From positions 1-48,595 of the IMG/VR virus record IMGVR_UViG_3300044931_000080: a stretch of 48,595 nt of DNA; one strand, written 5' to 3'. This DNA is from a virus (Duplodnaviria > Caudoviricetes). A program made the position numbers and the translations under genes. A model generated the notes under the pieces. The model was not told where the DNA came from, searched no databases, and saw only the letters and a list, made by a program, of their open reading frames with translations. The number at the start of each line of letters is the position of its first letter. The stretch's first letter is position 1. Below, piece by piece: positions 27,723-37,100 of the stretch.

Positions 27723-27739
27723 CCGAAAGGCACAAGAAC

Positions 27740-28807
27740 ATGGACACCATTGATCTGATGCAGGAGGGATTCCGGCGCGCTACGACGCGTGCGGAGAAGG
27801 TCCACGAGGCCGCCTCCCTGTTCGCCCGCGGCCGCAACGGCAGCAAGCCCCTCGCCCAGGCCGTCCTCCTCGAGGCGTTCTCCACGAGCGACTTCCCGGT
27901 CCTCCTGGGTGACGCGTTCGAGAAGCAGGCCCTCAAGGCCTACCAGGACACGCCGCTCGAGTTCGAGAGCATCCTCACCGACACGACGGTGGATGACTTC
28001 GAGCGCCGCAAGCTCGTCGACCTGTGGGGAGCCACCGAGTTCGCGCCTGTCGGTGAGGGCGAGGAGTACAAGTCCGGTCGCATGCAGGAGACCGAGATCG
28101 AGCACGGCACCGGCAAGTACGGTCGCACGTACGGTCTCACCTGGGAGCTGCGTCTGCGTCGCCGCTTCGCTGAGCTGGCGAACTTCCCCCGCGCTCTCGG
28201 CAACGGTGCCCGCAAGACCCAGAACACGGTCGTCGCGGACCTCCTCACCGACGGCAACAGCTGGAACGCGAACTTCTTCGGCACCCCCGGCACCGAGAAG
28301 TTCACCCCCGAGGCGCTGGACGCGGCGATCAAGACGCTCGCCCAGCGCACCAACCACCGGGACGAGCTCGTCGACACGTCGAACCTCGTCCTCGTGCACG
28401 GCCCCGCACTGCGTGGCGAGGTGGGGCGTGTCCTCACTGCAGCCCGCATCGTCACGAAGGTGACCACGGGTTCGAAGGTGACGGAGACGGAGGTCGACAA
28501 CCCGTACCGCGGCATCGTCACCCCGCTGGAGTCCCGCACGATCGGTGCGCGTGTCAACGCGGACGGGTGGGCGCTCGTGCAGGGCAAGACGTCGGATCTG
28601 CCGTCGATCATCCGCACGAAGCTCAACGGTCACCCCGACGTCGACATCCGGGTCAAGCGCGACCAGGGTTCCGCTGTCGGTGGTGGGGACATTCCGGTGG
28701 AGGAGGGGTCGTTCAACGACGACACCATCCACTACCGGGGTCGTTCTGTGGTCGGTATCGATGCGGGGTTCAAGACGGGCGTGTACGCCTCCAACGGCAC
28801 CGCCTGA
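27740..28807 (+). CDS. Major capsid protein (Mu gpT-like)
   Basis: STSDFP.LL, V.DF, V.E.EEY, KYGR...TWE motifs; strong codon bias. Confidence 0.9.
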   Translation: MDTIDLMQEGFRRATTRAEKVHEAASLFARGRNGSKPLAQAVLLEAFSTSDFPVLLGDAFEKQALKAYQDTPLEFESILTDTTVDDFERRKLVDLWGATEFAPVGEGEEYKSGRMQETEIEHGTGKYGRTYGLTWELRLRRRFAELANFPRALGNGARKTQNTVVADLLTDGNSWNANFFGTPGTEKFTPEALDAAIKTLAQRTNHRDELVDTSNLVLVHGPALRGEVGRVLTAARIVTKVTTGSKVTETEVDNPYRGIVTPLESRTIGARVNADGWALVQGKTSDLPSIIRTKLNGHPDVDIRVKRDQGSAVGGGDIPVEEGSFNDDTIHYRGRSVVGIDAGFKTGVYASNGTA

Positions 28808-28829
28808 GACCTGAGGGGAGGGGGCGCAG

Positions 28830-28898
28830 ATGATCGACTACAGCACTGAGGTTGGCCAGATGCGCCTCCTCCTGTGTCCGTGCTCGACGGTAGAATAG
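28830..28898 (+). pseudogene. Orphaned original 5' end of head-tail adaptor gene
   Basis: GGAGGGGG RBS + MIDYSTEVGQMRLL aligns ungapped to INYTDDSGRVRLL of the gene at 29589. Confidence 0.75.
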
Positions 28899-28981
28899 GA
28901 CACGCAACCGAATAGAACGGCCCGCCAGGAGACGGCAATCTCCGGACGGGCCTCACCAAGCCCAACTGTTCAGGAGTTGAG
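28873..28981 (+). promoter_or_regulatory. PafBC-like promoter and structured leader of HNH-1
   Basis: TGTCCG-N10-TAGAAT; hairpin with CGGCAA loop; CAACT/AGTTG hairpin over RBS. Confidence 0.65.
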
Positions 28982-29596
28982 ATGGCTACCAAGAATCGTA
29001 CCTGCACAATCGACGGCTGCGACAAAGAAGCGGAGCGCCGAGAGTGGTGCAACACCCACTGCTTGCGGTGGAGGCGCAACGGAGATCCGGTTGCAGGACG
29101 GCGACCCCAGGCAAGCGCGTCACTGGACCCGATCGACCGACTCCGCCACCACGGATGGGATGTCACCGAAACAGGGTGCTGGGAGTGGCGAGGATCAACC
29201 AGCTCCAGCGGGTACGGGCAAGTTCGGATCGGTTACAAGCTCTACGCTGCGCACCGCGTCATGTATGAACACGCAGTCGGGCCTATTGAAGACGGTATGC
29301 ACATCCTCCACTCGTGTGACAACCCGCCATGTCTCAACCCGGCGCACCTGCGTAGTGGAACGCACACAGACAACATGCGTGACATGTCCTCCAAAGGGCG
29401 CCGCCGACCGGACAGCGTTCTTCCTCGCGGGTCTCAGCACGCGAACGCGATCCTCACCGAAGAACTCGTGATTGATCTGCGCACTGAACGTCGGGGAGGG
29501 ATGACGTACAAGCAGCTTGCTGCGAAGTACGGGGTTGCATTCTCTACGGTCGCGGACATCGTCAAACGGAAGAAGTGGAGGCACGTCGGTGGCTAA
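28982..29596 (+). CDS. HNH homing endonuclease 1 (C-terminal HTH)
   Basis: CWEW, AHRV.Y, HSCDNPPCLNPAHL..GT..DN. Confidence 0.93.
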   Translation: MATKNRTCTIDGCDKEAERREWCNTHCLRWRRNGDPVAGRRPQASASLDPIDRLRHHGWDVTETGCWEWRGSTSSSGYGQVRIGYKLYAAHRVMYEHAVGPIEDGMHILHSCDNPPCLNPAHLRSGTHTDNMRDMSSKGRRRPDSVLPRGSQHANAILTEELVIDLRTERRGGMTYKQLAAKYGVAFSTVADIVKRKKWRHVGG

Positions 29597-29960
29597 AGCG
29601 ATCAACTACACCGATGACTCTGGCCGGGTCAGACTTCTCATTGCCGACACGGATGTCGACAACCTAGTCCTGGACGATGAGCAGATCCTCGGGTTCCTCG
29701 AGATCCATGGGGGCAACGTCAAGCGTGCTGCTGCGGCGGCACTCGACACGATCGCCTCGTCTGAGGCGCTGCTGTCGAAGAAGATCCGCACGCAGGACCG
29801 TCAGACCGATGGGCCTGCGGTGGCGGATGCTCTGCGTGCTCATGCTCGTGCTTTGCGGGATGAGGCGGACGGTGAGGATCAGGTGGAGGAGGAGTCGTTC
29901 TTCCTCCTGACCGAGCCGCTCCTGCCGACGCGAGTCGAGGGGGAGGAATGGCGCCGCTGA
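29589..29960 (+). CDS. Head-tail adaptor/connector
   Basis: VRLLIADTD...DEQI..FL...AAA.ALD.IA; first structural gene after capsid. Confidence 0.8.
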   Translation: MAKAINYTDDSGRVRLLIADTDVDNLVLDDEQILGFLEIHGGNVKRAAAAALDTIASSEALLSKKIRTQDRQTDGPAVADALRAHARALRDEADGEDQVEEESFFLLTEPLLPTRVEGEEWRR

Positions 29961-30370
29961 GCACCACCCGCATCATGCCGGACAACTGGTCGGAGCATCA
30001 CAGGCCAGCGGCGGAGGGGTTCCTCACAGGCACTTGCGATGCGCGGCGGGCGGATCGGGCTGGTGGCCCTGAGGGGATCATCTACGGCACCCCAGTGTGG
30101 GACGAGAAGCCGTGCAGTGCGCAGTTCCTGTCCCAGTCCGCGAGGCCTGTCGTGGTCGTGGACAGCACTGAGGTGCAGGTGACCCACCGCGTCTCGGTAC
30201 CGATCCATCTCACGGATCTGGGGTACCGCGACGTCATCACCATCACCGCGAACCCGGACGACCCCCGCCTGAACGGAGCTGTCCTGACAGTGGTGACGGT
30301 GGAGTCGGGGACGACGAACTGGACCAGAGACCTCGCCTGCGTCGAACAGAACCGGAGGCGACATGAGTGA
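29948..30370 (+). CDS. Head closure/stopper (DUF6093-like)
   Basis: Synteny and beta-rich 140 aa. Confidence 0.7.
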   Translation: MAPLSTTRIMPDNWSEHHRPAAEGFLTGTCDARRADRAGGPEGIIYGTPVWDEKPCSAQFLSQSARPVVVVDSTEVQVTHRVSVPIHLTDLGYRDVITITANPDDPRLNGAVLTVVTVESGTTNWTRDLACVEQNRRRHE

Positions 30371-30710
30371 TGACCTGAGGGCGTTCGCAACAGACCTCCG
30401 CAAGACCAGCGCGAAGGCCCAGAACATGGCCCGCCAGGCCGTGGCGAAGACCGCTGCCGACATCACCAGCGATGCGAAGGTGTACGCACCCGTCCGCACC
30501 GGCAACCTACGGGCGAGCATCGGCCACGACCTCACCGAGACGAATGGCGTGGTGGAGGCTGAGATCGGACCCACGGTGAGTTACGCGCACTTCCTCGAGC
30601 ACGGGACGAGTCGGATGGCGCCCCGCCCGTTCCTCGGGCCCGCGTTCGACCGGCGCGCACCCAACCTCGAGAAAGCCATGAGCATGCTCCTTGACGGGAC
30701 CGTCGGATGA
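30363..30710 (+). CDS. HK97 gp10-like neck protein
   Basis: APVRTGNLRASI, YA.FLE.GTSRM..RPFL.PA. Confidence 0.92.
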   Translation: MSDDLRAFATDLRKTSAKAQNMARQAVAKTAADITSDAKVYAPVRTGNLRASIGHDLTETNGVVEAEIGPTVSYAHFLEHGTSRMAPRPFLGPAFDRRAPNLEKAMSMLLDGTVG

Positions 30711-31111
30711 CGACCGAAGAACTGGTCGCCCACCTCATCAACCGGCTCGGTCTCACGGGGGCGCTCGTCTACGACGGGCACGTCCCCGACCAGATACCCA
30801 CGTTCCCCGGCACCGCGATCATCCGCCCGTACATGGTCATCTGGGCGATGCCCACCAGGGAAGGCGAGGAGCAGGACCTGGCGTACTCGCACCAGAACTC
30901 CCGCTCCGACCTCACCATCACCGTCGCCGCCGGCTCCGTCGAGACCGTCCGTCATCACTCTCAGCAGGCGATTGGGCTCCTGCACCGGCAGACCCTCCCC
31001 GGTGGTGGGGAGCTGCGGCACACAGACCCCCACGTGGCTGTTCAGTGGGACGAGACCGTCACCCCAGGACGCTTCTACCAGCCACTCGCCTTCATGCTCC
31101 TGCAGCCGTAA
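30707..31111 (+). CDS. Tail terminator protein
   Basis: VYDG.VP...PY.V motif and synteny. Confidence 0.75.
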   Translation: MTTEELVAHLINRLGLTGALVYDGHVPDQIPTFPGTAIIRPYMVIWAMPTREGEEQDLAYSHQNSRSDLTITVAAGSVETVRHHSQQAIGLLHRQTLPGGGELRHTDPHVAVQWDETVTPGRFYQPLAFMLLQP

Positions 31112-31129
31112 ACCCTCCTGCCCCGCTCT

Positions 31130-31163
31130 GGCCCTCACGAACGTCGTGGGGGCCTTCGTCATT
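31130..31163 (+). terminator. Hairpin/attenuator-like element
   Basis: GGCCCTCACGA-ACG-TCGTGGGGGCC then TTCGTCATT. Confidence 0.5.
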
Positions 31164-31178
31164 CACGAAGGGAAACCC

Positions 31179-31370
31179 ATGCCCGACAAGTTCATCGAGG
31201 CCATCGACACACGGACGGGACAGAAGATGCGCGTCCCCTCCCAGTGGCCCAGCCTCTTCCCCCACATCAAGGCACGCAAGCACCACCGACCGGACCAGCC
31301 CAAGACCGTCCAGGTCACCGAGCCGCGTCCCCAGATCCCCACCCTCAAGAACGAACCGAAGGAGTCCTGA
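31179..31370 (+). CDS. Small hypothetical protein
   Basis: GAAGGG RBS; precedes major tail gene. Confidence 0.6.
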   Translation: MPDKFIEAIDTRTGQKMRVPSQWPSLFPHIKARKHHRPDQPKTVQVTEPRPQIPTLKNEPKES

Positions 31371-31371
31371 A

Positions 31372-31914
31372 ATGCCTCTCTCACTCGCTGATGGAAAGGT
31401 CAAGGTCGCAGTCCTGTCGACTCGACCCGCCAACCCCTCCGCTCCCACCGTCGCGGAGCTGGACGCTGGAATCCAGGCCTCGTGCCGAATCGCCAGCCAG
31501 GACTGGAACGTGGGCCCTGCGGCCTCCGAGACAGTCGATGAGAAGCCGCTGTGCCGCGAAGGAAACGTGCAGGCGCTCGGCCCAAGCAACTTCACGGCGG
31601 AGTTCACCGTGTTCCGGTACTTCACCGAGGAGGGGCAGCCCGAAACCGGTGAGGACGACACCGAGGAAGGCATTGGAGATGCCCTCTACCAGGCGGTGAA
31701 GACCAAGGGTGCGCGTCTGTACATCTACGAGCGCGAGACCTCCCGGAAGTCCCTGGCGGATTGGGCTGCTGATGACGAGGTGAGCGGGTACGAGATCCTG
31801 CTCGACAACCCTCAGAAGCCGGGAGACCAGGGCGGCTACATCAAGCGTCGCGTGGTCGGGCTCGTGCAGGATGCGTGGCTCGACGCCAAGGTCGCAGCCG
31901 GCACCGGCGGCTGA
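31372..31914 (+). CDS. Major tail (tube) protein
   Basis: APTVAEL.AG motif, LC, synteny. Confidence 0.88.
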   Translation: MPLSLADGKVKVAVLSTRPANPSAPTVAELDAGIQASCRIASQDWNVGPAASETVDEKPLCREGNVQALGPSNFTAEFTVFRYFTEEGQPETGEDDTEEGIGDALYQAVKTKGARLYIYERETSRKSLADWAADDEVSGYEILLDNPQKPGDQGGYIKRRVVGLVQDAWLDAKVAAGTGG

Positions 31915-31925
31915 CCCTGACAACT

Positions 31926-31971
31926 CCTGTGCGGCATGCTCTTCCATGCCACGGGCGGCATGCCGCACAGG
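31926..31971 (+). terminator. 14-bp stem hairpin after major tail gene
   Basis: CCTGTGCGGCATGC-N18-GCATGCCGCACAGG. Confidence 0.55.
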
Positions 31972-31980
31972 TCCACATCT

Positions 31981-32075
31981 TGTGTCCGTGGCGTTCGATA
32001 TGATGGTCGGACAATCGAAGAGCCCCCGCGCTGCGCTAACAGCCGGGGGTGTGGCCGAGTATGGAGGTACTCGAC
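31981..32075 (+). promoter_or_regulatory. PafBC-like promoter and structured leader of HNH-2
   Basis: TGTCCG-N10-TATGAT; hairpin with CGCTAA loop; CGAGTA-TGGAGG-TACTCG RBS hairpin. Confidence 0.65.
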
Positions 32076-32633
32076 ATGTCCAAGCGTACCTGTTCAATCG
32101 ACGAGTGCGAGTCGGCTGTGCGCTCCCGCGGCGCATGCGTCCGGCATTACGCGCTGATGCTCTCCCCGGATGAGGCGGCAGAACTGCAAGCAAGCGTTCG
32201 CGACCGGTTCTGGGCGAAGGTCGATCAGTCCGGCGAATGCTGGACCTGGACCGCTGCGCGCTATCGGAACGGGTACGGCGCATTCCGGGGATTCGACGGT
32301 CGCGTCACAACCGCTCACCGGTTTTCCTATAGCACCGAAGTGGAGGACATCCCGGATGAGCAGCACATCGACCACCTCTGCGGCTCGCGCGATTGCGTTC
32401 GGCCCGCCCACCTGAGAGCAGTAACGCCGAAGCAGAACATCGAGCACCGCGTAACCCTAAACGCGAACAACCGGAGCGGATACCGGGGCGTGTACTTCTC
32501 CAACGGGCGGTGGTGGGTGAAGGTGCGTGACCACTACCAGGCCCACTACCGGGGCGGCTTCATGACCTTGGAAGAGGCCAACGAAGCGGCCATTTCGCTC
32601 CGCCAGGAACTGTTCACACACTCGCGAGACTGA
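32076..32633 (+). CDS. HNH homing endonuclease 2 (C-terminal AP2 domain)
   Basis: RFWAKV, CW.W, AHRFSY, DHLC...CVRP.HL; NRSGYRGV...W...F.T.EEA AP2. Confidence 0.93.
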   Translation: MSKRTCSIDECESAVRSRGACVRHYALMLSPDEAAELQASVRDRFWAKVDQSGECWTWTAARYRNGYGAFRGFDGRVTTAHRFSYSTEVEDIPDEQHIDHLCGSRDCVRPAHLRAVTPKQNIEHRVTLNANNRSGYRGVYFSNGRWWVKVRDHYQAHYRGGFMTLEEANEAAISLRQELFTHSRD

Positions 32634-32700
32634 TCAATCAATAGCAATGGGAAGCCCTCACAGCCGTGGGGGCTTCCGCCATTCAAGAAGGAGAAAGCCC

Positions 32701-33351
32701 GTGGCCGAAGACGATATGTTCAGCAGCTCTCCTGTCGACCCAGCCGATGGGGACTGGTTTTCGCAGTGGCTCGAGACCGGCACCGTCGCCCAGCGCAGCG
32801 TCCCCATCTACGGGCGCCCGGATCTGTTCGCGAAGTACGAAGACCTCGAGCGCCGACGGCAGATCGCCGCGGAAGTCGACCAGGAAGAGCGCAGCCTGGG
32901 GGACTCGTCCCTGGCGGACATCGACGAGGAGATCAACGCCCTCTACAAGCAATGGCAGGCGTCCAAGACCGTCTGGTACATCCGCGCCCTGCAGCCCGAC
33001 GAGATCGATCAGGCCCGGGATGAGGTGAACTTCCCGGACGAGCCGAAGCCGGCGGAGGGGGAGAAGGAACTCTCTGCTGAGGTGCGTCGAGAGTACGAGC
33101 GGGAGGCTGAGGCCGCGAACACGCGTGCGAACCAGATCTTCGTCGCCCGCTCCCTCGTGAAGATCGAGAACAGCCTGGGTGAGGTCGTCCGTGAGTCGAT
33201 CACCCCGGAGCAGGTGAAGGTGATGCGGGAGAAGCTGGGTGATCAGCAGATCCTCCGTCTGGTCGCGGCGGCGATGGTCGCGGCGACCCAGGAGGTTTCG
33301 ATCCCGGTCCCTTTCTCTCAGAGCAGCTCGAAGAGCGACCGCGCCTCGTAA
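32701..33351 (+). CDS. Tail assembly chaperone (gpG)
   Basis: Between tail tube and TMP; AAGGAG RBS; slippery site at 3' end. Confidence 0.85.
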   Translation: MAEDDMFSSSPVDPADGDWFSQWLETGTVAQRSVPIYGRPDLFAKYEDLERRRQIAAEVDQEERSLGDSSLADIDEEINALYKQWQASKTVWYIRALQPDEIDQARDEVNFPDEPKPAEGEKELSAEVRREYEREAEAANTRANQIFVARSLVKIENSLGEVVRESITPEQVKVMREKLGDQQILRLVAAAMVAATQEVSIPVPFSQSSSKSDRAS

Positions 33352-33668
33352 GGACGCTCAGGGCCGCACGCTCGTGGGGTGTGCGGCCCGGAGTGTTCGT
33401 GGAGGAGTGGCCTGAGAAGGACCGCCTGTTGGCTGAGGCGCTGACGCATTTCGAGGACACCGCGCACTGCAGTGGGTGTGGGCAGTTGAAGTCGAAGGCG
33501 TGGGATCCGGACAGCGCGTGGGAAGTCGGCACGGTGGAGTGCTACGCGTGCAAGTCACACCAGGACGACAAGACCGAGTCGAAGCCGGGTGAGTTGCGGT
33601 TCCTGTCGCTGGATGAGAAGTCGATGCGGATCGCGAAGGCCCGGAAGAAGGCCCGCGAAGGTCAGTAG
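33309..33668 (+). CDS. Tail assembly chaperone gpGT extension via -1 frameshift
   Basis: C CCT TTC heptamer at 33309-33315; -1 frame open into W..KDR.LA.A...CSGCG...CYAC. Confidence 0.85.
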   Translation, partial: PFLSEQLEERPRLVRTLRAARSWGVRPGVFVEEWPEKDRLLAEALTHFEDTAHCSGCGQLKSKAWDPDSAWEVGTVECYACKSHQDDKTESKPGELRFLSLDEKSMRIAKARKKAREGQ

Positions 33669-34084
33669 GTCCAGGCAGTGACGTTGACGTCCCCGTTCTC
33701 GTCCATGGTCACCCCGCAGTTGAAGCTGTCGCTCGTCGTCGATCGTCCCGATGCGTTCGGGTAGCGCGCCTCGCCAGACACCGCCCACATGGTCCCGGTG
33801 TCTCCGAGGTCTCTGAACTCGACATCGAACAGCTCGACCGGCTCATCGAGCCCCAGCTCGGCAGCGAGTTCGGCAGCGCACTCAAGCTCCACCGCCTCTT
33901 GAACCGTCATCGGAGTCTCTGTCGGCTCCGGTTCCGGTGCGGCAACGGGCTGGTTGGTGGCATTGGCCAGCCAGATCAGACCCCCTGCCAGCGCCAGCAC
34001 GGCGACGAACACGGCCACGACAGGCCACCACGACGTCTTCTTTTCAGGCGCGAGAGCGCTCTTGAACACCACGGGCTTTCCCAT
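33662..34084 (-). CDS. Reverse-oriented membrane-anchored moron protein
   Basis: Single N-terminal TM, PE linker, acidic ectodomain with two Cys; leaderless promoter. Confidence 0.8.
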   Translation of the reverse strand: MGKPVVFKSALAPEKKTSWWPVVAVFVAVLALAGGLIWLANATNQPVAAPEPEPTETPMTVQEAVELECAAELAAELGLDEPVELFDVEFRDLGDTGTMWAVSGEARYPNASGRSTTSDSFNCGVTMDENGDVNVTAWTY

Positions 34085-34090
34085 AGGCGA

Positions 34091-34114
34091 AGTATCCCAC
34101 GGGGTCCGGACACA
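34091..34114 (-). promoter_or_regulatory. PafBC-like leaderless promoter
   Basis: Minus strand TGTCCG(34112-34107)-N10-GATACT(34096-34091)-6 nt-ATG. Confidence 0.5.
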
Positions 34115-34143
34115 ACACGTTCTCAACACCTCAGGAGGTGGTC

Positions 34144-37100
34144 ATGGCTGATCGTTCTCTCGTGGTCCGCCTCCGTGCCGAGGTGAACCAGGCTGTCGCT
34201 GGCCTGGACAAGACGGCGACTGCCGCTGAGCGTGCCTCAGTCGCCGTCACCAAGACCGGGGATGCGTTCGAGAAGGCGTCCCGCCGCCAGCAGGACGCCG
34301 CGGGTCGTCTCCGTGTGGCTGAGGCCCAGTTGCTCGAGGTCCAGGGGAACAGCAACGCGAAGGCGTCACAGCTGGTCGCCGCTGAGGAGAAGGTCGCATC
34401 CGCCCGCCGTGAGGTTGCGGAGACGTCGCAGTCTGCGGCGAACGCTGAGCAGGTGCTGCAGCAGGCGATGGAGGACTCCACGCAGGCCGCGAAGGAGTCC
34501 GCCGCCGCGGCGAAGGAAGCAGCTGACGCGGCATCGAAGAACGAGACGGCGATTGCCAAGATGGCCCGCAACGCGGACGCCAACGCACAGGCATGGTCGA
34601 CCGCCGGCACGGTCCTTACCGCTGCTGGTGGGTCCATCGTCGCGCTCGGAGTGGCCGCTACGAAATCGGGCATCGAGTTCAACAGCCTCAACCAGACCGC
34701 GAAGGGCGCGCTCACCGCCGTCATGGGATCCGCAGCTGGTGCGGCTCGCCAGATGGAAAAGATGAACGAGTTCGGGCGCGGCACATGGGTCATGCGCGAC
34801 TCGCTCATCCGCGCCCAGCAGACCATGACTGGTTTCGGGATTGAGACCGAGAAGGTCATCCCCTACATGGATGCCCTCGCGGAGACTGTCGCTGCGACTA
34901 CTGGGTCGAACCAGGACTTCGAGGAGCTTGCCCGCGTCATGGGCAAGGTGGAGTCCTCGGGGAAGCTCACTGCGGAGACGTTCAATGAGTTCGGCACGCG
35001 TGGCGTGGACGCCGCGCAGCTCATCGGTGACGCCATGGGTATGACGGCCCAGGAAGTCCGTGACGCTGTAACCGAGGGCACCCTCGACGCTAGCGAGGCC
35101 CTCGACGCGCTCGCTGAGGGCATGAAGACACGGTTCGATGGTGCGACCGAGAACATGCGACAGACGTTCTCTGGCGCGTTCGCGAACGTGTACGCCGGAT
35201 TCCGCGACCTCTCTGCATCACTCGCTGAGCCGCTGGTCAGCAAGGAAGGCGGCGGGCTCCTGGTCGACGGGTTCAACACCCTCGCAGACAGCCTGAACGA
35301 GTTGCGGGACATCTCTGACAGCATCCCGGAGCCGGTGAAGATCGCGGCAGGCGCCGTAGGAGGACTCACCGCGGCAGCGTCCTTGGCCGCGGGCAGCTTC
35401 CTCCTCCTGGCGCCTCGCCTGTTGGAGACCCGGACCGCGTTCCAGACTCTCGCGGGCCAGGACGATCTCGTGGGCAAGTTCGCCACTGGGCTGGGCAAGG
35501 TCGGCCCCGCCGTCGCGAAGGCAGCAGCCGCTGTCGGTGCGGCTGTCGTCGCATGGCAGGCGCTCGACACGATCATCAACACGGCCACCAACCGGTCGGC
35601 TCCGAAGATCGAGAAGCTCTCTGCTGAGATGGAGGGCCTCGCTGCCCACGGGCGTGCCGCATCCGGTGCGCTCGAGCAGGCGTTCGGCGGGGGGTCCAAC
35701 AGCTGGCTGACCAACACTCTTCTTGGCACGACCGGTGCCGTCACCAACCTGGATGAGGCGTTCGGGGAACTCTCTCGCAACTCGGGGAAGATTGGTGAGG
35801 TCACGCTCGCCCTGCAGAAGGTCCGGCCTGGCAAGCAGGCTCTGGAACTCGCCACTGAGGGTGTAGCGGCGTACGACGACGCCCTGGTCCAGATGGCCGA
35901 AGGCGGGGCCTCCGACAAGGCGGCTGCCGCGTTCGACAAGATCGCGGACCGGCTGACCAGCCAGGGCCATGACATGGACTTCGTGGTCGAGAACTTCTCC
36001 GACTACGAGGATCTCCTCAAGTCGACCGCGGACACCCTCGACGTGACGGGTCTGTCTGCGGAGGACTACGCGAACTGGATGCGGGGCGAAGTCCCCGACG
36101 CTGTGCGCGAGGCGGCTGAGGCGAACGCGGAACTCGCGGACGGGCTCGCCGGTATCCCCCCGGTCGCGGAGGGCGCCGCAACCGGTGTGGCCACGCTGTC
36201 GGCTGAGGCGGTCGAGGCGCAGGACCAGCTCAACGAGATGTTCGAGCAGCTGTACGTCAGCTCGCAGGGCTTCGTCGATTTCGCGGAGAAGGCCGTCGAC
36301 GCTGACGTGTCTATGCGCGACTGGATCAAGTCGATGGAGGATCAGGTTGTCGCGCAGGAGACGTGGCACGAGAACCTGCAGAAGCTCATCGACCGTGGCG
36401 CACCGCAGCAGCTCATCGATCACTTCATCGAGCTGGGGTCTGAAGGCGCGTTCCGGGTGAAGCAGCTCGCGGACGGGTCCGAGGAGGACCTGAAGCGTGC
36501 CGGTGACGCGTTCGTGGACGTGAGCGAGCAGGCCGCGGGGTTCGCTGGCACGATCACGCAGATTCCGGACATCAACCTCGAGGCTGATGACACGACTCTG
36601 CGGTCTCAGTTGTGGTTCGCGGAGGAGGCACTGGCGGAGCTTCACCGGATGAAGCCGACCCCGGAGACGGATCTGAAGATCACGGCTCTGGAGGATCAGA
36701 TCCGGGTAGCGAAGGACCAGCTGGGCGACCTCGACAATGACGAGGCCCACCCGCTCGTGGGCGTGTCCGGTGCAGACGAGTCGCGGGGGAAGGTCGAGGG
36801 CGTCCACGACGCACTGGTCAATCTGCCGTCAGATGCGAAGTCGAAGGTCGACGTTGACGACGAGCCGGCCCGGTCGACCATGGAGCGGCTGTGGACGTGG
36901 ATCCGCGGCAAGACGATCTTCTTCAAGACCGATGAGCAGAAGGCCGCTGCGCAGGGCCGCAACTCGACCGGCACCGCAGGCTCGTCGTCGAAGTTCTCCA
37001 GTGGAGGGTCGGTGCGGGGCCCTGGCTCGGGCACGTCGGACGACATCCTCGCTCGCCTGTCCAACGGGGAGCACGTCTTCACTGCGGAGGAAGTGCGCCG

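Noticed and set aside
28872-29596. Group I intron interpretation of the HNH-1 insertion
   Set aside because: Only about 110 nt of non-coding sequence, no intron core seen, and the 5' coding segment is duplicated instead of being joined
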